Shown: positions 15,772 through 24,045 of the stretch, one piece after another | Layout of the letters: every line of letters starts with the position of its first letter | Numbering within the stretch: position 1 is the first letter of the stretch | Origin: Campylobacterales bacterium | GTDB taxonomy: Archaea; EX4484-52; GLR71 | Assembly: GCA_048635405.1 (NCBI GenBank) | Contig: JAIVYO010000001.1 | Span: 1 to 30,893, forward strand | Length of the DNA stretch: 30,893 nt | Direction of reading: 5' to 3' | The notes under the pieces: model-generated | What the model saw: only the letters and a program-made list of their open reading frames with translations | The model's database searches: none | What the model was told of the DNA's origin: nothing | Position numbers and translations under genes: made by a program

Positions 15772-16212
15772 CTATATCCTATCTATGATGCTTAAATAGA
15801 ATTCCTTGTCTTTCGGATGAGTCAGCATATCTGCGACATCGTCTTTTTTAACCCATCTGGCTTCCGGATTGTCGGGGTCTGTCGGCTTTAGGTCTTCTTC
15901 TTCTGTGCTGAAAAGGAACATGTGCATTGTCTTGAGCTCTGTCCTGTCCTCTTCTTTCGGGTCTTTTCCTATCTTGTGCCTGCTGTAGCTTCCGAGATTG
16001 TCTATGAGAGTCAGGTCTGTGACTCCTGTCTCTTCGGCTATCTCTCTTTTTGCGGCTGCGTGTGCGTCTTCGCCGTCTTCTATATGGCCTTTCGGCAGAG
16101 ACCATGAGCGGCCTTTCTGGTTTACGACTATTACCCTGCCATCTTTTACTATAACTCCACCTGCGCTGTGCGTTACAATCATATTATTCATCCCTGCGTG
16201 ATTTTTAGCCAA
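15772..16212 (-). CDS. Nudix hydrolase (likely ATG start at 16191 or 16182)
   Basis: Nudix box GHIEDGEDAHAAAKREIAEETGV; SAGGVI and WSLPKG. Confidence 0.92.
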   Translation of the reverse strand: MAKNHAGMNNMIVTHSAGGVIVKDGRVIVVNQKGRSWSLPKGHIEDGEDAHAAAKREIAEETGVTDLTLIDNLGSYSRHKIGKDPKEEDRTELKTMHMFLFSTEEEDLKPTDPDNPEARWVKKDDVADMLTHPKDKEFYLSIIDRI

Positions 16213-17218
16213 TCCTATATCTTAAGAAACAGATGATGCCGCCCAGGCCTATAAGTTTGTCCCCGGCCTCATGTGTTGACCCTATGACCTCTACTTTTCC
16301 TGATGAGTTTTCTACAGTTTTCAGAATTTCCTGTACATCTTCTTTTTTCACTATGCTGTCTGAGACAAGGATTTTCTCTACAGCGCCTGCTTTCGCCGCC
16401 TTTGCAACTTCTCCTATACCATATGTTACAAGATCTGATTCTTTCCCGAGTGCTTCCATGAATTTCTCAATCTCTTTTGTCTCTCTTGATATTTCTGAAG
16501 TTTTTATGATCTGGTCTATAAAGCCGCGCTTTATGACTTCATATACGCCAGTCTCGCCTGTGACTGATGAGATGCCTGTGACGCATTTTCCTTTCATGTC
16601 AGTGTTTTTTCCTATAATCCTCATGATGTTCTCTTTTGCGAATCCGGGTCCTGCGATTATTATCCTGTCGTATCTTTTAGCGTATCCTTCAAGCGACCTG
16701 ATTATGTCTTTATAATAGCTTTTGCCTTCAGGTGTACCGAACATTTTTCCCTGGTTCTCTGCCTTTATGGTGCCTAACATATTGACCTTGCTGTTCATAA
16801 CCTCCCCAAAATCGGCTTTCCTCTCATCAAGCACCATGACAAGTATTTTTATCTTGACAGCCTTTACGCTTTTTTCAAGGCGCTCTATCTCATATCTTTT
16901 CCATTGCTTGGTTATGGATATGATGTCATTTGGGGTTATGCGAAAGCTGTGGTATCCAAAGCTTATGTCATCCGGGCCTTCAAGTATTTTGCCTTTCAGC
17001 CGCAGGGATTCTGTGACATCGTCAAATTCAACAGTCTCTACAGATATCTTGAGATACATTGGACGCTTCTCTTTCTTGTCTGATGTCTCAATAGTCCTTA
17101 AAGTCTTTGCCCCGACTATGTCACCTGCTGTTATCAGAAGTGACAGGTTCCACAGGTCATCTATGGTCTCCGGCTTTATTTTTGTCTCTTTTCTGAGATC
17201 TTTGGCGATTATCCTCAT
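16205..17218 (-). CDS. pelA: Pelota/Dom34 mRNA surveillance protein
   Basis: DDLWNL, GDIVGAKTLR, GYHSF, IIIAGPGFAK, YGIGEV and LGGIICFLRY. Confidence 0.93.
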   Translation of the reverse strand: MRIIAKDLRKETKIKPETIDDLWNLSLLITAGDIVGAKTLRTIETSDKKEKRPMYLKISVETVEFDDVTESLRLKGKILEGPDDISFGYHSFRITPNDIISITKQWKRYEIERLEKSVKAVKIKILVMVLDERKADFGEVMNSKVNMLGTIKAENQGKMFGTPEGKSYYKDIIRSLEGYAKRYDRIIIAGPGFAKENIMRIIGKNTDMKGKCVTGISSVTGETGVYEVIKRGFIDQIIKTSEISRETKEIEKFMEALGKESDLVTYGIGEVAKAAKAGAVEKILVSDSIVKKEDVQEILKTVENSSGKVEVIGSTHEAGDKLIGLGGIICFLRYRIG

Positions 17219-17307
17219 AATACATACCTTTTTTTCGCAAAAATTTAAAAACAGATGACGACAAATAATATATAGTGCTATATGTATTTATTATATAGGT
17301 AATATAA

Positions 17308-18504
17308 ATGGAAATTATCAAGCCCGTTCCGACAGAGCCTTTCACTTATGTGTTTGCGGCAGCGGTGATAATATTCTTTACCCTGTTCCTTATGTTCGGG
17401 CAGGAGCCTCTATATGATGAGGATATACCATCTGATATTGATATCTCAGAAAAAGGCGAGATCATATTTTCAGCAACATCGGCAAGTCTCCTGTCAAATA
17501 AGACACAGACGGCAAGGACAATTGATTTCGGTGATTTTGATGTGGGCTATACATCGCATGAGCGGACTATACAGGAGATGGATTCGCTCCTGATAGAGAA
17601 AGGTGTATTCAGGTCATCGTCAAAAGAGTTCAGCTTTGACGGTTCAGGGATGGAGGGTGCAGTGCTTAAGTTTCAGGCAGGTGATTCTAATTATTACGGG
17701 AACCTGAGGATATATCTTAATGATGAGCTTATATTTGATGATATAACTTCTGCCGGTGCCAAGTATGCTATTGAATTCAACAATCCTCTTGATTATAATG
17801 TTGTCCGTATAGAGGCGCAGTCAAGCGGTGTGAAATTCTGGGCACCGACAACATACATGCTTTCTAATGTAAGGCTGTCTGCCACTTCTTTTGATAATAT
17901 AGACAAGATGTTTTCATTTACGGTCTATGAGTATGAGATGAGAGGTTTTGATGCAGCATTGAGCTATGAGGTCGGTTCAGGATCCATAAGGCAGGGTGAC
18001 CTGCACATAGAGATAAATGGCAATGATGTGAATGACGAGAAAAAACCGATGTTTGGCAGGATATATAAAGAGACATTTGACAGGGCTGACGGTGTCATAG
18101 CGGCAAAGCCGGACACCAACTACATCCAGTTCAGCGCCGACAAGGACTCAAAATATGAGATACAGGATGCCCAGCTGACAATAACATATTTTGACACTGA
18201 CAGGGCAGCAGTCGCTGAATACACTCTTATGATTGATGAAGATACATATGATGACATGTATAATGAGACTATTGTTCTTGAGTTCTATGCAGATAAGATA
18301 TCTGAGGATACATCTCTTGACATATATCTCAATGATGCCCTTTTTGAGCATGACACTGAGCTTTACGAGAACCTGATTGTTCTGTCGCAGGATGATTTCA
18401 GGCGGGGTAAGACTAATGTTCTCAAATTCTCTACATATGGTATCTATAAGCTTTCAGACATTGACATAAGGATTGTTGAAGATGATGGCTTTTTCCTTTT
18501 CTAG
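17308..18504 (+). CDS. Membrane-anchored beta-rich extracellular hypothetical protein
   Basis: One N-terminal TM helix followed by an acidic domain with repeated IYLND/IEING motifs. Confidence 0.75.
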   Translation: MEIIKPVPTEPFTYVFAAAVIIFFTLFLMFGQEPLYDEDIPSDIDISEKGEIIFSATSASLLSNKTQTARTIDFGDFDVGYTSHERTIQEMDSLLIEKGVFRSSSKEFSFDGSGMEGAVLKFQAGDSNYYGNLRIYLNDELIFDDITSAGAKYAIEFNNPLDYNVVRIEAQSSGVKFWAPTTYMLSNVRLSATSFDNIDKMFSFTVYEYEMRGFDAALSYEVGSGSIRQGDLHIEINGNDVNDEKKPMFGRIYKETFDRADGVIAAKPDTNYIQFSADKDSKYEIQDAQLTITYFDTDRAAVAEYTLMIDEDTYDDMYNETIVLEFYADKISEDTSLDIYLNDALFEHDTELYENLIVLSQDDFRRGKTNVLKFSTYGIYKLSDIDIRIVEDDGFFLF

Positions 18505-18591
18505 GGGCTTTTTGGTTAAGATATATTAACTTGGCGTGACAATTATCTTTTGTCAGCTTTACTGCTGTCTTTTGATTAAAGGTTTTTTTGT

Positions 18592-19458
18592 ATGGTTGTG
18601 ACGAATGTTAATATAGAAGATCTTAAGAGACGAAGATACTGTATGATTAATGAGAAAAAAGTTCTTGAACGAAATATTAATGGCCTTAAAGCTACGATGA
18701 GCCAGAAAAGGGCTCAGATAAAGACTTTTGAGAGATATTATCCTAGCAATACTGTTTCTATTAATGCAGCAAAAAAGCAATTGAATCTCATGAATGAACA
18801 GCTTAATCTAAAGAGTTACAGTTACAGGCTTAACAATAAGACAATAGGCGATATAGATCGTCAGATCTCTACTGAGATTCATAATTGTGAAAATCAGCAG
18901 AAAGAATTATCCAAAGCGATGGCAGATGCTCAAAAAGGAGATTTAAGCGAGGCGAAATCAGAGAAGAAGTTTGTTAAGCAGTTCAGGAAAATTAAAGGGC
19001 ATGCAGGAAAATTGCACGGGCGTATGAAATCACTTAATTGGCTTATGATTCTTCTTTTCATCTCTGCGATTGTTATTGATTATTATGGCTTTACCGGGAA
19101 GACATTCGGTGAATTGTCAACACCTTTTATTCTGGTGCCTTATATCTTTATAATACAATTCATATTTATCTTCTGGTTTTTTTTGGATTCAGAACATAAT
19201 ATGGGCACAATACTTCTTGTCCTTGCCTTTCTTTTCAATGTATATACCCCTTTCAGTATTTTTTTGTTTGGCTCATATTTTCCTCTGATGCTTTTGCTTG
19301 CCGTCATGAGGTATAATATGGGAGAAGAAATAAGTTTTGGGAATATTTGGACTATAGTGATTCTTCTCATATTCTTTGCCTTTGTTTATTCGGCTGTTCC
19401 GTTTTTGACCACTACTTTGCCTTCTATATTAGGTATCGATAACTCCTTTTTCACTTGA
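18592..19458 (+). CDS. Hypothetical protein: N-terminal coiled coil plus about five TM helices
   Basis: Charged helical first 145 aa and a hydrophobic C-terminal half; AT-rich. Confidence 0.7.
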   Translation: MVVTNVNIEDLKRRRYCMINEKKVLERNINGLKATMSQKRAQIKTFERYYPSNTVSINAAKKQLNLMNEQLNLKSYSYRLNNKTIGDIDRQISTEIHNCENQQKELSKAMADAQKGDLSEAKSEKKFVKQFRKIKGHAGKLHGRMKSLNWLMILLFISAIVIDYYGFTGKTFGELSTPFILVPYIFIIQFIFIFWFFLDSEHNMGTILLVLAFLFNVYTPFSIFLFGSYFPLMLLLAVMRYNMGEEISFGNIWTIVILLIFFAFVYSAVPFLTTTLPSILGIDNSFFT

Positions 19459-19540
19459 TTACTTTTCACGAAGCCAGGATGATGCAATTGATTCTGACGG
19501 GATATCAGATTTAGATATGGATTCAAGCTCTTTATTGATT

Positions 19541-19612
19541 GATTATATATATTTGTATAACGGCATGTTTACCCTTTTTACCTTTAACAATGCAACTTAT
19601 AGTCTCTGTTGA
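19541..19612 (+). pseudogene. Orphan 3' tail of a paralog of the 19655..20875 lipoprotein gene
   Basis: DYIYLYNGMFTLFTFNNATYSLC* versus EYTYVYNGMFTLSTINDTDYSAC* (14/23 aa, 53/72 nt). Confidence 0.85.
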
Positions 19613-19711
19613 TTTTTCTAAACAATATAAATAAAGAAGTCACAATATGTATGTATGGATAAATATATAGCAGCATTTATCTTTCTTGTTCTTGTCATTA
19701 GCGGCTGCACT
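19541..19711. repeat. Direct repeat copy 1: gene tail, 42-bp spacer and signal peptide (pairs with 20804..20974)
   Basis: Offset 1263 bp; both spacers are 42 bp and share tctaaacaatataaa; the signal peptides are 15/19 identical. Confidence 0.88.
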
Positions 19712-20875
19712 GTCGTTGACTCCGGCACTGGCGAAACATCAGATTCTACATCTGATGACGGCTCTTTGGATTCAGATGCATCCACTTCATCTTCTTCATC
19801 AAGCTCTTCATCTTTAGCATATTCGAGTTTAATTTGCTTTTTATATCCTCCTTCATGTCTTGCTTCTGTAGATACGACTGATGGCAGTGATACACCGACA
19901 CTTATATCTGACGGGACAGTTAATACGGTGGAGTATGCGCTTGCAAGGCCTACGATAAAACAGTCTGCTTTAAATCAGGATCCCGGTTATGATATAACTA
20001 CAAGATGGGTAGTTAAGAATGATGGCGATGAAACTATCTATACAGCGTTGTTTCTTATCAATGGCTCTCAGATTGATGGAAATCAAAGCGGGAAAATCTA
20101 TCTTGACAGAAACTATAATTCATTTTCTGAAATGGTTGATTATCCCGGTGTTTCAATATCTAATGACTTTTTTTATCATCAATATGTGCCAGTATCCAGA
20201 AGCATGACCCGGACCGCAAAAGTTGTGTTTGATATACCCCAATGTTCTCTCGGGCAATTTAATGCACCTGTTTTTGTTTTATATAAACATGATATTGGAT
20301 CCAGTATCATGCTGACCCTGGCTGATTTCGATTGGTGGGAAGAATTGAATAATCAAGAACAGGACTCAAAAATAATGCCTCAGAAATCATTATCTATATT
20401 CGGCCCTTTTTCATTATCTATATATCCTGATAATAATTTCCAGCCAATCATAATCAGTGATGGCGAGAAATTCGGAATCAATTTTAAATTATCAAACAAT
20501 GATAATGGTCGTGCATCGATAAATAAGTTTGATATTTATATATCAGATAAATTAATTCCTCAGGATATGGGGACTTCTAGATGTGATCTTGAAGCAAATC
20601 TATCAGCAACACCTCCCAGCGGCATGAATGCTTATACTTTGAAGCAAACGCTGCTTGATGAGATGAACTCTGTTGACATCTCTTATGATGACGGTTTTAA
20701 GGGAAGCCAGGAATATGATTGCTCTTTTATATACGATCCGGTTTATTTTGAGACTGATTTTGATAAAGGTGGTTCTGTCCAGAGGTACATAAGCTTATAT
20801 GTTGAGTATACATATGTCTATAACGGCATGTTTACTCTTTCCACAATAAATGATACTGATTATAGTGCTTGTTGA
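19655..20875 (+). CDS. Predicted lipoprotein, paralog 1, with a Ser-rich linker
   Basis: VISGC lipobox-like motif, poly-Ser tract, GPF motif and C-terminal EYTY. Confidence 0.8.
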   Translation: MDKYIAAFIFLVLVISGCTVVDSGTGETSDSTSDDGSLDSDASTSSSSSSSSSLAYSSLICFLYPPSCLASVDTTDGSDTPTLISDGTVNTVEYALARPTIKQSALNQDPGYDITTRWVVKNDGDETIYTALFLINGSQIDGNQSGKIYLDRNYNSFSEMVDYPGVSISNDFFYHQYVPVSRSMTRTAKVVFDIPQCSLGQFNAPVFVLYKHDIGSSIMLTLADFDWWEELNNQEQDSKIMPQKSLSIFGPFSLSIYPDNNFQPIIISDGEKFGINFKLSNNDNGRASINKFDIYISDKLIPQDMGTSRCDLEANLSATPPSGMNAYTLKQTLLDEMNSVDISYDDGFKGSQEYDCSFIYDPVYFETDFDKGGSVQRYISLYVEYTYVYNGMFTLSTINDTDYSAC

Positions 20876-20974
20876 TTTCATCTAAACAATATAAACAAAG
20901 CATATACAATATATGTTATGGATAAGTGTATTGCAGCATTCATCTTTCTTGTTTTTATCATCGGTGGCTGCACC
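20804..20974. repeat. Direct repeat copy 2
   Basis: See copy 1 at 19541..19711. Confidence 0.88.
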
Positions 20975-21868
20975 GGCGATGATTCTGGCACCAGTGGAAC
21001 GACTGTTACCGGGAACAAGGAGACTCAGATTGTCGCATCTGATATTCTTTCAATAAACTTCTTCGGAGTGATACCTTCAAATCAGCTTTCTACAGACAGG
21101 CCTTTCATAGTCCATCTTGAGGTAGAAAATGTCGGCAACAATCCTGTGACATTGCAGGTTGACAGTTCCGGAAGCTATGACGGCGATATGGTGATTTATG
21201 ACTACTGCTCTGATATTTTTGAGATTGATTCATTCAAGATGAGTCCTTCGCATCCAGGAGATCCAGATGAGATTGAGATAAAGCCCAGGACCCTGCAGTT
21301 CTTTGAGTGGAAGAGCAGAACACCGGACAGTGATATAGTGTCTGGTGCAGGTGTGACATGCAATCTTTATATGCAGCTGTCATATGATGCTGTAGCATCG
21401 ACAAATACCTATGTATATTTTGCTACACCTTTTGAGATACTTCGAAGTTTCTATACGCGCAAAAACATGTATCTTTTAGGAAGCAATCTTGCTACAGATG
21501 GCCCTTTGAAAATCAATATAATATCTGATTCACAACAGCCGATAGCTATGGACAACAATGCCTGGACAGTATCGATAAATATAGAGAATGTTGGCGACGG
21601 CCTTGTGGATGTGAAGAATCTTAAGCTTGTGCTTCCTGATGAGATAGAGACTGCAGGCAGTACGACAGTTGATGGAGAAGACATCTGCAATCTTGAGAAG
21701 GCAGAGAATCTTGAGATCTATAAGAAGAGTTCTAAGGTGATAACATGCATGTTCACACCGCCTGATGAAAAAGTCCTTATAGCGACAGCATATAAGATAA
21801 AAGCAGTTGCAGAGTATACATATACTATAAAAGACAGTGTTCAGCTTTCTGTAAAGCCGTTGGTTTGA
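20918..21868 (+). CDS. Predicted lipoprotein, paralog 2
   Basis: IIGGC, GPL, IENVGDG and AEYTY. Confidence 0.8.
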   Translation: MDKCIAAFIFLVFIIGGCTGDDSGTSGTTVTGNKETQIVASDILSINFFGVIPSNQLSTDRPFIVHLEVENVGNNPVTLQVDSSGSYDGDMVIYDYCSDIFEIDSFKMSPSHPGDPDEIEIKPRTLQFFEWKSRTPDSDIVSGAGVTCNLYMQLSYDAVASTNTYVYFATPFEILRSFYTRKNMYLLGSNLATDGPLKINIISDSQQPIAMDNNAWTVSINIENVGDGLVDVKNLKLVLPDEIETAGSTTVDGEDICNLEKAENLEIYKKSSKVITCMFTPPDEKVLIATAYKIKAVAEYTYTIKDSVQLSVKPLV

Positions 21869-21929
21869 AATTTATAACCAAAAACTATATATATACACTC
21901 CGTTTAATTATTGTTAATCGGTGATATTT

Positions 21930-22910
21930 ATGTCTATTAAATCTAAAAGCAGATTTGTCGCTTATGCGATGGTCTTAATGACTGTTCTTGTGCTGGGATG
22001 CACAACTGATGGGACCCCAAGTTTTGCGGCATCAGACAAAGGTGTTGTCATCTCAGAATTCCAGTTTGACACTCCTGCGGTGTATCATAAGGAAGATGTC
22101 AACTTAAGGCTTGTACTTGAGAATCAGGGTCAGAAGCAGGTAACAGGTCCAACTTCTGTATTCGTATATGGTCAGACTGTATCATCAACAAATACCAAGC
22201 ATTGGGAGCAGATAGGTTCTGTCGCTGTATCGCCCGGCACAATGGGTGACATAACTACAGTATGGACAATACCTAATACTGATTTCCTTCCACCTCAGCC
22301 TGAGATGGGCGTTCCTGGCGGTGTAGCTACATTTGAAGCTCTTCTTAAGGCACCAGAACTTGAAGAAGGTGAATCAACTCCATATACATTCTTTACAAGG
22401 GTATGTTATCCTTACAAGACCAGCATGCTTGCTACAGTGACTTCATCTTCAAGAGATGAGATGAAGGTACAGCAAGATACAAGCGCGATTGAGAATGTAA
22501 ACACGGCAGGTCCTGTGCATGTAACGCTTGGAGGGCAGTCAAACATTATTGCAAGAGGTTCGACAATTCCGGTCATCTTCAAGATAGAGAATGTCGGCGG
22601 AGGATTTTCCACAGATGTTGCAACAGCTTGCGCTGCTACGCCAGCCAGCACAGACAGGGACAAGGTTAAGGTCAGCATTGAAGTGGAGGGATTCCTTCTT
22701 GACGGCACAGCTCACACAATGTATGGCAATACTATAACTACAGACTGCACGCGAACAGTGAAACTGATAGGCGGAGAAGCTGAATTGAGATGCTCAATAC
22801 CTATAGACCCAAATACACCTTCAAGGGAATACCACATAAGAGCTACCGCAGAGTATAGGTATTATGTAGGCTCTGATGCACCGATAAATGTTGATTACAT
22901 AATTGAGTGA
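21930..22910 (+). CDS. Predicted lipoprotein, paralog 3
   Basis: VLGC, VCYPY, AGPV, IENVGGG and AEYRY; ATG 21930 follows a GGTGAT ribosome-binding site. Confidence 0.8.
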   Translation: MSIKSKSRFVAYAMVLMTVLVLGCTTDGTPSFAASDKGVVISEFQFDTPAVYHKEDVNLRLVLENQGQKQVTGPTSVFVYGQTVSSTNTKHWEQIGSVAVSPGTMGDITTVWTIPNTDFLPPQPEMGVPGGVATFEALLKAPELEEGESTPYTFFTRVCYPYKTSMLATVTSSSRDEMKVQQDTSAIENVNTAGPVHVTLGGQSNIIARGSTIPVIFKIENVGGGFSTDVATACAATPASTDRDKVKVSIEVEGFLLDGTAHTMYGNTITTDCTRTVKLIGGEAELRCSIPIDPNTPSREYHIRATAEYRYYVGSDAPINVDYIIE

Positions 22911-22920
22911 TCAGCTCTTA

Positions 22921-22950
22921 TCTTATTCTCTTTTTTCTTCTATTTTTTTT
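22921..22950 (+). terminator. T-rich terminator candidate
   Basis: Poly-T runs following the stop at 22910. Confidence 0.45.
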
Positions 22951-22985
22951 AAAACATATTTAAACGCACAGAGATAAGGATATTT

Positions 22986-23981
22986 ATGGATTCCAGCCAT
23001 TCTTTTAAAGCCTGTATCATTGTCGCATCCATCCTTCTATTATCAGGCTGCGTCGGTTTATTTCCTCCCGCTACAGGAACTTTTGGCTTTTCAGGATACG
23101 GCACTGGCATAAAAGTACATTCTTTTGATTTCTCTTCAGACAAAGTCTACAGCGGGCAGCCGTCCCTGCTCACTCTTGAGATGCAGAACCGTGGAGCGAT
23201 AGGTGTTGAAGATGACATATATGTATACCTTTACGGCCTCAGCAGAGGAGAAAATGAGTGGTTTGATGACCTTTCAGATATAAGCTTAAGCGGAGCCAGG
23301 ATGGCAGCCGGCGACCCGCGAGTGCTTATTGTTGACAGCCTTATGGCACCGATCAAAAGCCTTGATGCCGGTGGTGAGTATGCCCAGATAACATGGGTTC
23401 TTGATGCCCCGAATGATCTGCCTGAAGAACAGGTATTCAAGTATTCTGCAGGCACCCGTGTATGCTATCCTTACTCTACAACATCAATAGCCAAGATTGA
23501 GGTGCTTGATGAAGAAGAATACCTTTACCGTGACAGGGAAGGGACGCTGAAGAGGCATGCTATTACGATTGATACCACAGCAGGCCCTTTGGATGTGGTG
23601 ATGACGACAGACCAGCCGGTGATGCTGAGCGATACTGACGAGCTTACCTTAAGGGTCAAGATTGTGGATCGCGGCGGCGGGACAATAACAGCAGAGGACT
23701 GTTCTGATGCTTTTGACTGGGAAGACAAAGCGCTTGACCTTTTTACTCTCCATGATAAGGTAAGCGTCACTCTTGGTAACAGGGAATGTGATCTTGGGCT
23801 TCGCGACCTTTATTTCAGAGTTTCAGGCTCCGGCTCTCCGACAGCGGATTTCCCCGTGACATGCAATATACCTTCGCTTGATGTCCCAATGCGCATACTT
23901 GACCTTAAGATGAGGTTTGAGTACAACTATTTCATTGACGAAAGCGCAGTCATCAGCGTTGAAGGTCTTTGGGAAGAATGA
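22986..23981 (+). CDS. Predicted lipoprotein, paralog 4
   Basis: LLSGC, VCYPY, AGPL, VDRGGG and FEYNY. Confidence 0.8.
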   Translation: MDSSHSFKACIIVASILLLSGCVGLFPPATGTFGFSGYGTGIKVHSFDFSSDKVYSGQPSLLTLEMQNRGAIGVEDDIYVYLYGLSRGENEWFDDLSDISLSGARMAAGDPRVLIVDSLMAPIKSLDAGGEYAQITWVLDAPNDLPEEQVFKYSAGTRVCYPYSTTSIAKIEVLDEEEYLYRDREGTLKRHAITIDTTAGPLDVVMTTDQPVMLSDTDELTLRVKIVDRGGGTITAEDCSDAFDWEDKALDLFTLHDKVSVTLGNRECDLGLRDLYFRVSGSGSPTADFPVTCNIPSLDVPMRILDLKMRFEYNYFIDESAVISVEGLWEE

Positions 23982-24045
23982 GTTAATAGAAATGTTATAA
24001 AAATAAAGTGGTAGATAAAAAAATAAAAGAAGAGGAAAAATACCT

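Noticed and set aside
15772-17218. Pelota-Nudix pair as an RNA-decay module
   Set aside because: Adjacency is the only evidence, and the Nudix protein looks like a generic Ap4A-hydrolase/MutT-type enzyme.
19770-19815. TCT/TCA microsatellite-like tract, and the ATT run near 24385-24410
   Set aside because: These are explained by a poly-Ser linker and an Ile-rich TM helix; mixed codons argue against a phase-variable repeat.
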